From Methanomicrobiales archaeon (GTDB lineage Archaea > Halobacteriota > Syntropharchaeia > Alkanophagales > Methanospirareceae), in NCBI GenBank assembly GCA_003160755.1, contig QEXZ01000001.1, positions 1 to 43,019 of the forward strand: a stretch of 43,019 nucleotides of DNA, written 5' to 3'. The notes under the pieces are model-generated. The model ran no database searches. It was not told where the DNA came from and saw only the letters and a list, made by a program, of their open reading frames with translations. Shown one piece after another: positions 1 to 7,435 of the stretch (position 1 is its first letter; each line of letters begins with the position of its first letter). The position numbers and the translations under genes were made by a program.

Positions 1-8
1 ATAAAGAA

Positions 9-3000
9 ATGGCGTATTTCAAGAGCGAAGCGCAAAGACCAAATTTCATACAACAGGAAGAGGAAATATTGGAGCTGTGGGACAGAAATAAAACATTTGA
101 GCATAGTGTAGACCGCAGAGAGGGTTGTGAGAAGTTCATTTTTGTCGAGGGTCCACCAACTGCGAATGGACTCCCGCATCCCGGACATATTCTTACAAGG
201 GTTGTGAAAGACCTCGTGCTGCGATATAAAACGATGTGTGGTTTCAGGGTAGAAAGAAAAGCAGGATGGGACACGCATGGTCTGCCGGTGGAGATAGAGG
301 TGGAGAAGGAACTGGGAGTAAACAGCAAACGTGAGATAGAGGAGTACGGGGTAGAGAAATTCAACCGCAAATGCAAGGACTCGGTATTCAGATATGAAAA
401 AGAATGGGTGAATGCCACGAAACGAGTGGGGTTCTGGATAGATATGGATTCACCCTACGTAACCTCCGATAACGAATACATAGAATCTGTCTGGTGGTCG
501 TTAAAAGAGATATGGAACAAGGGCTTGCTTTATTGGGGGCATAAAGTCGTGCCCTACTGCCCGAGGTGTGAGACCACGCTGAGCAGTCATGAAGTAGCAC
601 AGGGCTATAAGGAGGTGGAGGACCCTTCGATATACGTAAAGTTCAAGCTGCGAGAAGCAAAAGAACAGGAGCAGGAGCAAGAACCTGTTTTTATGCTCGC
701 ATGGACTACAACTCCCTGGACTTTATTCGGCAATATCGCACTCGCGGTTCATCCAGAGCACACCTACGTGAAGGTAAAGACTGGCGAAGAGATTTTGATT
801 CTTGCTGAATCACGGTTGGACGCTCTGGAATGCGAATATGAGATAACTGAGCGATTAAGAGGTAAAGATCTGGAAGGCAAAGAGTATGAACAGCTTTTTG
901 ACGTGCCTGTAGAGGGGAAATCACATCGAGTAATCACTGCCGATTTCGTCACGTTAGACGAAGGTACGGGCGTCGTTCATATTGCACCTGCATTTGGTGA
1001 AGACGATTACGAAGTGTGCAAGGAGAAAGGATTGGGGTTTTCTCAGCCTGTGGACAGTAAAGGTCGGTTCACGGGAGACGTCCCGTTTCCCTCGTTGAAA
1101 GGTATTTTCGTAAAGGGTGCGGATAAGCGCATAATAGAAATGCTGGAGCAGCGTGGCATCCTGTACAAAGAGAGCACGCATTTGCACTCGTATCCCTTTT
1201 GCTGGCGTTGTGGTTCGCCTCTTTTGTATTACGCCCGCGAATCGTGGTTTATCGGTATGAAATCGCTGCGTAATAACCTGCTTGCAAACAATGAAAAGAT
1301 AAACTGGTATCCCTCGCACTTGAAATACGGAAGATTCGGGAACTTCCTGGAGAATATTGAGGATTGGGCGCTAAGCCGAGAGCGGTTCTGGGGCACGCCA
1401 CTGAATATATGGGTATGTGCCAAATGTGGAGCGGAAACATGTGTTGGAAGCATAGAGGAACTGAAGGAAAGGGCAAATAATTTTCCTTTTCCTCAAGAAT
1501 CAGACGCAAACCTCGACCTGCACCGGCCATACATTGATGATGTGTTACTGAAGTGTGAGAAATGCGGAGGAGAAATGAGAAGGGTAAAGGACGTGATAGA
1601 TTGCTGGTACGATTCGGGCTCTGCTCCTTTTGCTCAGTGGCATTACCCTTTTGAGACGGAAAAGTTCAAGCAGAATTTCCCCGCTTCTTTTATCACTGAA
1701 GCGATAGACCAGACCCGTGGCTGGTTCTATTCTTTGCTTGGTGTCTCAACAGCTATTTTCGATGTCCCACCTTATCTTAACGTGCTCTCACTGGGTCATA
1801 TATTGGATGAGCGCGGCGTGAAGATGAGTAAGAGCAAGGGAAACGTGGTTGACATAACTTCTATATTCAATAAAGAAGGTGCCGGTGCAGATGCGTTGAG
1901 ATGGTATTTCTTCACCGTAGGTCCACCATGGGAAGACATACGGTTCTCGGAACCTGCGATAGCGGAGCGGCAAAAGAAGTCATTGAACACGCTTTGGAAT
2001 TCATATTTCTTCTTCATCACGTACGCAAGCATAGACAAATTCAATCCGAATGCGAAGAATATCCCGATGGATAAAAGAAGTGCAATGGACAGATGGATAA
2101 TGTCAAGATGGAACTCAACGATAAAAGGCGTGATTGGGGCTCTCGAACGGTTTGAAATACATCTTGCGGGGAGGAGAATAGAAGATTTCGTGGTAGACGA
2201 CCTGAGCAACTGGTACATAAGGCGGTCAAGGCGGCGGTTCTGGGTCACCGAGGAGAACTTTGATAAGGATTGTGCATACTTGACGCTGTATGAGGTGCTT
2301 GTCTCTTTATGCAAATTGCTCGCGCCTTTTGTGCCTTTCATCACCGAACATATCTATCAGAACATCGTAAGAACGATTTCGGAAGACGCGCTTGAGAGTG
2401 TGCATCTTTGCGATTATCCTTTTCCCGTCGAATCGCTTATAGATGTGGAATTGGAGGATTCGATGGACTTAATTTCCAAATTAGTAGAGGCTGGCAGGCG
2501 AGCGAGGTCAGATGTGGGAATAAAGATAAGACAGCCGCTAAAGGAAGTTGTAGTCGTTTGTAGCAAGGAAAAGAAAGAGGAAGTGGCGAGTTTGGTAGAG
2601 ATATTGAAGGATGAGTTGAATGTGAAAGAAGTGAAATTTGAAGAAAGTTTGGAAGATATTACAGCAAAGGCAGTTGCGGAAACGCTGGCAGAAGAGAGAA
2701 AATTTAAAAAGGTAGAGGTAGATGACGTATCTTTGTTTCTGGATGTTACTCTGGACAAAAGTCTCATAGAAGAAGGGCTGGTCAGAGACCTCGTGAGGAG
2801 AGTACAGGGTATGAGGAAGGACATTGACCTGGAATATACGGCGAAGATAAGAATCCTGTATGAGGGTGACGAAGAGGTAAAAGAGGCGATAAATATGTTC
2901 TCAGATTATATTTGTGAGGAGACACTTGCGGCGAGCATAGAAGAAGGAATGCAAATATCGGAATCAAAAAGGGAGGGATTTTACGAGAAGAAATGGAAAA

Positions 3001-3041
3001 TAGGTAAAAAGGAGGTTTTGATAGGGGTAGAGGCTGTTTGA
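9..3041 (+). CDS. ileS: Isoleucyl-tRNA synthetase
   Basis: 1010-aa ORF with class I HIGH-type motif (PHPGHILT), GWDTHGLPVE, KMSKS loop (VKMSKSKGN) and several CxxC zinc knuckles. Size is typical of archaeal IleRS. Confidence 0.93.
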   Translation: MAYFKSEAQRPNFIQQEEEILELWDRNKTFEHSVDRREGCEKFIFVEGPPTANGLPHPGHILTRVVKDLVLRYKTMCGFRVERKAGWDTHGLPVEIEVEKELGVNSKREIEEYGVEKFNRKCKDSVFRYEKEWVNATKRVGFWIDMDSPYVTSDNEYIESVWWSLKEIWNKGLLYWGHKVVPYCPRCETTLSSHEVAQGYKEVEDPSIYVKFKLREAKEQEQEQEPVFMLAWTTTPWTLFGNIALAVHPEHTYVKVKTGEEILILAESRLDALECEYEITERLRGKDLEGKEYEQLFDVPVEGKSHRVITADFVTLDEGTGVVHIAPAFGEDDYEVCKEKGLGFSQPVDSKGRFTGDVPFPSLKGIFVKGADKRIIEMLEQRGILYKESTHLHSYPFCWRCGSPLLYYARESWFIGMKSLRNNLLANNEKINWYPSHLKYGRFGNFLENIEDWALSRERFWGTPLNIWVCAKCGAETCVGSIEELKERANNFPFPQESDANLDLHRPYIDDVLLKCEKCGGEMRRVKDVIDCWYDSGSAPFAQWHYPFETEKFKQNFPASFITEAIDQTRGWFYSLLGVSTAIFDVPPYLNVLSLGHILDERGVKMSKSKGNVVDITSIFNKEGAGADALRWYFFTVGPPWEDIRFSEPAIAERQKKSLNTLWNSYFFFITYASIDKFNPNAKNIPMDKRSAMDRWIMSRWNSTIKGVIGALERFEIHLAGRRIEDFVVDDLSNWYIRRSRRRFWVTEENFDKDCAYLTLYEVLVSLCKLLAPFVPFITEHIYQNIVRTISEDALESVHLCDYPFPVESLIDVELEDSMDLISKLVEAGRRARSDVGIKIRQPLKEVVVVCSKEKKEEVASLVEILKDELNVKEVKFEESLEDITAKAVAETLAEERKFKKVEVDDVSLFLDVTLDKSLIEEGLVRDLVRRVQGMRKDIDLEYTAKIRILYEGDEEVKEAINMFSDYICEETLAASIEEGMQISESKREGFYEKKWKIGKKEVLIGVEAV

Positions 3042-3060
3042 TAGCATGGCAGCGGCACTA

Positions 3061-3120
3061 TCTAATTTTCCAGTGAAATTGCAATATCCTTAAATGTCAC
3101 AGCAGAGCACACGGAGAAGG
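3061..3120 (+). repeat. Family-C repeat, left end only
   Basis: TCTAATTTTCCAGTGAAATTGCAATATCCTTAAATGTCACAGCAGAGCACACGGAG parallels 32563-32620. It forms the 3' end of the truncated toxin ORF. Confidence 0.7.
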
Positions 3121-3279
3121 CACTTGCCTACCTAAAGAGGGAAAAACAGCAAGATTTGAAACGGCTGTTTGAATCTTTTCAACTTGTATTTGAGCATATC
3201 GCGGTGAATCCTTAGCTATGAACTCGTAGATTTTCCACAAATCGTTGAGTGCCCGTTTCGTCCATTTTATTTGAACCAC
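3097..3279 (-). pseudogene. Truncated ParE/RelE-family toxin (N-terminal part only)
   Basis: 60-aa ORF MVQIKWTKRALNDLWKIYEFIAKDSPRYAQ...FPSLGRQVP looks like the N-terminal part of ParE/RelE plasmid-stabilisation toxins. The conserved C-terminal part is missing and the last codons run into a family-C repeat (3061-3120). It overlaps the upstream antitoxin ORF by 13 nt. Confidence 0.6.
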
Positions 3280-3452
3280 TTGGATGTCTCCTTCGCAACT
3301 TCTTCGTGAGAAATGAGACGACCTTCACGGACGTCTTCCTCAGCAGCCTCGAGTTTTTGTCTAAGGTAAAGACGATACATCAATTCATCAATATCTATTT
3401 TCTCTGGAAGTTCCTTAATCAAGTTAATAACCTGCTGCTTTGCAATACTCAT
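3267..3452 (-). CDS. Putative antitoxin paired with the truncated ParE/RelE toxin
   Basis: 61-aa ORF with the pattern ...LPEKIDIDELMYRLYLRQKLEAAEEDVREGRLISHEEVAKE..KW, typical of small antitoxins encoded upstream of ParE/RelE toxins. Overlapping two-gene arrangement. Confidence 0.55.
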   Translation of the reverse strand: MSIAKQQVINLIKELPEKIDIDELMYRLYLRQKLEAAEEDVREGRLISHEEVAKETSKWFK

Positions 3453-3630
3453 TGCGGTATCACCTTTTAGTTATCTATTTTTGGTTAATATAAATAACCT
3501 TCGTTTTTAATTGCACGAAAAAACAGCAATTTTTATATATGATGAATTTAAAACATTTTTCTTAGAAAGGAAAGCGTTACTAAAAGGAAAGAAGAGAAAA
3601 AAATAAATTAGGAGAGTGATAAGAAAAAAA

Positions 3631-3873
3631 ATGCCAGCAGTAATAGATTTGGAGAAGTGTAATGGCTGTAAGGATGTAGAGGGGAAGGAAAAAGGAGCGA
3701 GCAATTGCGTAGAGGAGTGTCCGGTGGAGTGTATAAGCTTGGTTGAAGATGATCCAAGCAGTGCCCCACAGGGACGAGAACAACATGCGGTAATAGACGC
3801 TGAGGAGTGCACCGATTGCGAGGTTTGCATAGATGTATGTGAACAAGGGGCGATAAGCATGTCGGAGGCGTAG
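3631..3873 (+). CDS. 2x[4Fe-4S] ferredoxin-like protein
   Basis: Two cysteine motifs: CNGC-x12-CVEECP and CTDCEVCIDVCE. ATG at 3631 is preceded by GGAGAG; the track ORF starts at an upstream GTG (3616). Confidence 0.75.
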   Translation: MPAVIDLEKCNGCKDVEGKEKGASNCVEECPVECISLVEDDPSSAPQGREQHAVIDAEECTDCEVCIDVCEQGAISMSEA

Positions 3874-4003
3874 AGACACAAGAACAAGCATGGACAAAAA
3901 ACGCTGTCTATGCACTATGCCGTTCGCAACTAAACTAAACTAAAATGTATAGAAACAACGTAGAGAAGCGTGCGAATTACTTCATAGTCGGCGCTTCTCA
4001 CAA

Positions 4004-4095
4004 CACTTTTTCTTTTTTTTACAAAAAAGAAAACCTGTGCTAAAAGAAAAAAAGACCTGTTTCTTTAGTCAAGCTTTCTTTTAAAGAAAGGTTTT
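4004..4095 (+). repeat. Family-B interspersed repeat
   Basis: CACTTTTTCTTTTTTTTACAAAAAAGAAAACCTGTGCTAAAAGAAAAAAAGACCTGTTTCTTTAGTCAAGCTTTCTTTTAAAGAAAGG. An A/T hairpin (TTTTCTTTT/AAAAGAAAA) plus a GTGCTAAAAGAAAAA core. Abuts the tldD/pmbA stop. Confidence 0.8.
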
Positions 4096-5470
4096 ACGAC
4101 ACAACCTGCACCCTCGACACCTTAACAGAAGGAGAAACGACACTGTAAATCTGTCTTGTATCGTTCCCAATCATTTCCACGTGTTTCAATATCTCTTGCA
4201 TGTTGCCTGCGAGCATCACCTGCGTAACCGGATACAACTCGCCTTTTTTAATGCCAAAAGAATTCTGTGCAACGACGGAGAAATCGCCGGATGCACGTGA
4301 AGCCGTATGCGCACCTATCACGTCATTTACAAACAATCCTTCACGTATCTCGCCGAACATCTCTTCCTTAGAAGCGGTGCTTCCTGCGTTTATAATGAAA
4401 TTCGTTGCTCCCGGGGTTGGCAAATTACTAAAACCTCTTATTGCGTTACCTGTGCTTTCCACACCGTCTTTACCAGCGGTGTACGAATCATAGAGGAAAT
4501 TATTCAGCACCCCATTTTCTACCAACTTCGTAGGTTGAGCGGGAACGCCTTCGCCATCCATTCTTCTGCTATTTACACCGCCCTGCATCGTGCCATCGTC
4601 TATAACCGTAAGAATTTCAGAAGCTATTTCCTGTCCTTTTTTACCGTGATACGGCGATTGTTTCCGCTGCACGTTCTCCGCGCTCAGTTGCGGAATCAAG
4701 GTATAAGCCAGAAGGTTTTGTACTGCGCGTGGCGAGAAAACAACAGGAAGCTCCTTCGTTTTTAGTTTCTTAGCACCAAAACAATCCACAGCCATTTTCA
4801 CCGCTTCCCTGCCTATCCATTCAAAATCTATGCCCGTGAGTATCCGGCTTACCTTCCCCTCGTATCCTGAAATCTCCTCTCCGTTTTCGCTACCACCTGC
4901 TTCACTTGCCACAACCATCAGCCCTGCGGAGACGTACGTGCCTGAATCACTTGTTTCAATACCCTCTGAATTCAAGATATATGTCTCATCGCGAGCCGCG
5001 GCGAAGCTGCCTTCTGTTGGCGTGCACGTTACGCTTTTGCTCAATTTATACTCTTTCGCGCCACTCAGCATCCGTTTGCAATATTGTATCGCATCTTCGC
5101 TACCACACTCAAGCAGTTCAGTTATGCGCGGGTCAAAACTTTTTTCCGGTTTCGTGTAGCCCTGCTTTGACGTTTCTGCTCCTGGCAAGCCGAGAAAATG
5201 CGTGTCTTGCTCGGATACCTTCGCCTGTTTTATTGCATGCTCTACGCATTCCTCTATTCTCGCGTCTTCCAAAGCGGTAGTGTATGAAAATCCGATTTTT
5301 TTTCTTACTACTACTCGTACTCCAATACCGGTGCTTTTAACGTGCTTTACCTTTTTTACTTCCTCTCGCTCAAGGTCAACGCTTAAAACATCGCCGCACT
5401 CTCCATAAATCTCCGCCTGGTCGCAGTGTTTCAACGCCTTTTTCAGACCCTTATGCATGATGTCGAGCAT
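4094..5470 (-). CDS. TldD/PmbA family metallopeptidase-like protein
   Basis: 458-aa ORF. The N-terminal pattern (AEIYGE...SVDLEREEVKKVKHVKSTGIGVRVVVRKKIGFSYT) and overall length are typical of PmbA/TldD proteins. Confidence 0.8.
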   Translation of the reverse strand: MLDIMHKGLKKALKHCDQAEIYGECGDVLSVDLEREEVKKVKHVKSTGIGVRVVVRKKIGFSYTTALEDARIEECVEHAIKQAKVSEQDTHFLGLPGAETSKQGYTKPEKSFDPRITELLECGSEDAIQYCKRMLSGAKEYKLSKSVTCTPTEGSFAAARDETYILNSEGIETSDSGTYVSAGLMVVASEAGGSENGEEISGYEGKVSRILTGIDFEWIGREAVKMAVDCFGAKKLKTKELPVVFSPRAVQNLLAYTLIPQLSAENVQRKQSPYHGKKGQEIASEILTVIDDGTMQGGVNSRRMDGEGVPAQPTKLVENGVLNNFLYDSYTAGKDGVESTGNAIRGFSNLPTPGATNFIINAGSTASKEEMFGEIREGLFVNDVIGAHTASRASGDFSVVAQNSFGIKKGELYPVTQVMLAGNMQEILKHVEMIGNDTRQIYSVVSPSVKVSRVQVVS

Positions 5471-5544
5471 TTTTTTTCTGTCTTATCTCTGCATATTTAA
5501 AAGCTACAAGAACTAATTAAATTTAAAACAGCTTTCTCGTGAAG

Positions 5545-5580
5545 ATCCGTGTAATCTGTGTAATCCGTGTAATCTGTGGT
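5545..5580. repeat. Tandem 9-mer array (ATCYGTGTA)x4, family-A-related words
   Basis: ATCCGTGTA ATCTGTGTA ATCCGTGTA ATCTGTGGT, ending 6 nt before the trmI ATG. Confidence 0.85.
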
Positions 5581-5586
5581 TAAAAA

Positions 5587-6489
5587 ATGTCTCAAAACAG
5601 GATGTTAAAAATAAAAGAAGGCGAACTCGTGCATCTGATAGGCAAAAGAGGTAAGAGATACCAGATTGTGCTGAATGCGGGGTCTTCCTTCTCTTTCACC
5701 CGTGGAATTGTTTCGCATGACGACATAATAGGACTGGAAGAAGGAAATGCGGTAAAATCTTCCCTTGGCGAAAAACTCGTGGTTGTAAGGCCTACTTTGG
5801 CTGAATACATATCGAAGATGCAGAAAGGTTCGCAGATAATATACCCCAAAGACATCGCTGCCATTTTAATGCTTGCAGACATATTCCCGGGTGCGAGGGT
5901 GTTAGAAGCAGGGATAGGCTCAGGCGCTCTTACGCTGGCGCTGCTTCGTGCTGTGGGCAAAGACGGTGAAGTGGTATCATATGAGAGGAAGAAGGAATTT
6001 TCGGATGTCGCGATAAAAAATATAGATACCTTCTTCAACAGGGTAGAAAGTGCCGGAAAAGAAGGTTCCGGAACGCGGATATTAAAATACAGGGACGTGT
6101 ATGAAGGCATAGACGAGAAGGAATTAGACCGAATACTACTGGACCTTCCGGAACCCTGGAGAGCGCTGGAGCATGTAGACAAATCACTTAGAACGGGTGG
6201 AATACTACTGTGCTATAATCCAACCGTGCTGCAGATATACAAGCTTTCAAGAAGGTTAGAGTTGAAATACGAGCGAAGCTTTCGTGTGATGGGTATTTAC
6301 GAGATTGGCATGCGAGGCTGGGAAATAAAAGGTAGAAGTATGCGACCAGAACATAGAATGATCGCTCATACCGGGTTTATTTTTGTAGCGAGGAAATGCT
6401 CTGCTTGTGAACAAGAAAAAATAAATTATAGACACAGATTAACGCTTGTGGGCTCTGCCCACATCCCCGCAAGCCCGGAAAGGGCTTAA
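5587..6489 (+). CDS. trmI: tRNA (adenine-N1)-methyltransferase, TrmI/Gcd14 family
   Basis: IIYPKDIAAILMLADIFPGARVLEAGIGSGALTLALLRAVG SAM-binding motif preceded by the TrmI N-terminal beta domain. The last ~20 codons lie inside a family-A repeat. Confidence 0.85.
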   Translation: MSQNRMLKIKEGELVHLIGKRGKRYQIVLNAGSSFSFTRGIVSHDDIIGLEEGNAVKSSLGEKLVVVRPTLAEYISKMQKGSQIIYPKDIAAILMLADIFPGARVLEAGIGSGALTLALLRAVGKDGEVVSYERKKEFSDVAIKNIDTFFNRVESAGKEGSGTRILKYRDVYEGIDEKELDRILLDLPEPWRALEHVDKSLRTGGILLCYNPTVLQIYKLSRRLELKYERSFRVMGIYEIGMRGWEIKGRSMRPEHRMIAHTGFIFVARKCSACEQEKINYRHRLTLVGSAHIPASPERA

Positions 6490-6588
6490 TTAACACAGAT
6501 GAAAAGAGCAATGCCGTTAGCCCAGCTCAACAAGAACAAAAGAAAAAATCCGTGTAAATCCGTGTCTCAAATAGAAGGAAGTTACACC
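6426..6588 (-). repeat. Family-A repeat, variant core with nested GC-rich hairpin insertion
   Basis: Reverse orientation, sharing both arms and the AACGGCATTGCTC core. It carries extra hairpins GTGGGC-TCT-GCCCAC (6448-6462) and AAGCCC-GGAAA-GGGCTT (6471-6487). It overlaps the trmI 3' end. Confidence 0.8.
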
Positions 6589-6655
6589 TTAGATACAATG
6601 AGAATAATCCCATTTGTACTGCTGGATAACAAATCCAAAAGTTACAAATCCGTTT

Positions 6656-7099
6656 TTAAAAATCTTTATTAAGCACCTCATCAATTCCCGATTCGTGAAA
6701 ACCATTGTAAACGTCTTCCTTCAGCCTGTCAAAGCTTGTGGAGAAAAACAAATGACTTCTGCATGTGCAATCACTGCATCCAAAATTAGCTATGTGCTCT
6801 GAACCTTTCTTCATCTGCAATTTTGCTGCTATTTCACATTCTTTCCTCTCCTCCGTTTCCGCAAACACTACTTCCTTTACTTCTACTCCCGAACTCGCCA
6901 GGAAATAATCTATATGCCAGTGTAATTTCTTGTTCTCACCGACTTCACGCAAATGTCTCCTTATTCGCTGTGCCAATCCGGAAAGAGCCGAACCCACATA
7001 AGCATAAAAACCACTTTTGAACGCTACCCGTCCCAATTGCCCTATTTCTATTTCTCTATCTGCATGGTTTTCCATGATTAGCACGTAAGTCCCATTCAT
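6656..7099 (-). CDS. DUF123 / GIY-YIG-superfamily domain protein
   Basis: GFYAYVGSA...RIRRHL...KLHWHIDYF plus a C-terminal Cys cluster (FGCSDCTCRSHLF), the signature I associate with archaeal DUF123 proteins. Confidence 0.7.
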   Translation of the reverse strand: MNGTYVLIMENHADREIEIGQLGRVAFKSGFYAYVGSALSGLAQRIRRHLREVGENKKLHWHIDYFLASSGVEVKEVVFAETEERKECEIAAKLQMKKGSEHIANFGCSDCTCRSHLFFSTSFDRLKEDVYNGFHESGIDEVLNKDF

Positions 7100-7101
7100 T
7101 A

Positions 7102-7186
7102 CACTTTTTCTTTTTGGAAAAAAGAAAACCTGTGCTAAAAGAAAAATCTAGAAATGTTTTTAGTTAAAGTTTTACCCAAAGTTTTC
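7102..7186 (+). repeat. Family-B interspersed repeat
   Basis: CACTTTTTCTTTTTGGAAAAAAGAAAACCTGTGCTAAAAGAAAAATCTAGAAATGTTTTTAGTTAAAGTTTT. Begins 2 nt upstream of the DUF123 start codon. Confidence 0.8.
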
Positions 7187-7201
7187 TCGTTGTATATAAG
7201 G

Positions 7202-7334
7202 TATAGCTTCCTTCTATTTAAGACACAGATTTACACTGATTTACGCAGATTTATTTTAGTTTAACCGTTGTTTGTTTGTTGATCCTTTTCATCTGTGTTA
7301 ATCTGCATTAATCTGTGTCTCTAATTTGTTTTGT
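7202..7334 (+). repeat. Family-A interspersed repeat, full copy
   Basis: TATAGCTTCCTTCTATTTAAGACACAGATTTACACTGATTTACGCAGATTTATTTTAGTTTAACCG...TTTTCATCTGTGTTAATCTGCATTAATCTGTGTCTCTAATTTGT. Near-identical to 35708-35830 and to the reverse complement of 41776-41895. Confidence 0.85.
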
Positions 7335-7435
7335 CCTTCTTTCCTCCTTCGTGTCTCAGTGCCTCTGTGTTTTTATTTTTATTTTGAAATCATGTGGTTT
7401 TTTATATCTGCTATACAAATACGGTATTAGTGAAT

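Noticed and set aside
1796-2344. 182-aa ORF antisense to ileS, plus many other 60-200-aa antisense ORFs inside ileS, tldD, trmI, rpoA1, rpoB and rpoA2
   Set aside because: All lie opposite long conserved genes and lack motifs. They are treated as non-coding shadows.
3538-3600. Possible box C/D sRNA (TATGATGA at about 3539-3546)
   Set aside because: There is no downstream CTGA D box at an appropriate distance and no terminal stem. The C-box-like word alone is insufficient.
5545-5580. Possibility that the phased 9-10-bp repeats (here and in family A) form a CRISPR array
   Set aside because: The units are 9-10 bp and directly abutting, without 30-40-bp unique spacers. The copies are dispersed as composite elements, and no cas genes are present.
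6598-6672. 24-codon ORF (MRIIPFVLLDNKSKSYKSVFKNLY*) positioned after the promoter-like end of a family-A copy
   Set aside because: It is too short, has no recognisable features and overlaps the 3' end of the convergent DUF123 gene. It is noted only as a possible target for the element's outward promoter.
7202-7334. Iteron-like arrays as a replication origin (ORB/DUE)
   Set aside because: The same element recurs at six or more loci within 43 kb. No orc1/cdc6 gene is adjacent, and no extended AT-rich unwinding element is flanked by inverted ORB boxes. A dispersed repeat family is the simpler reading.
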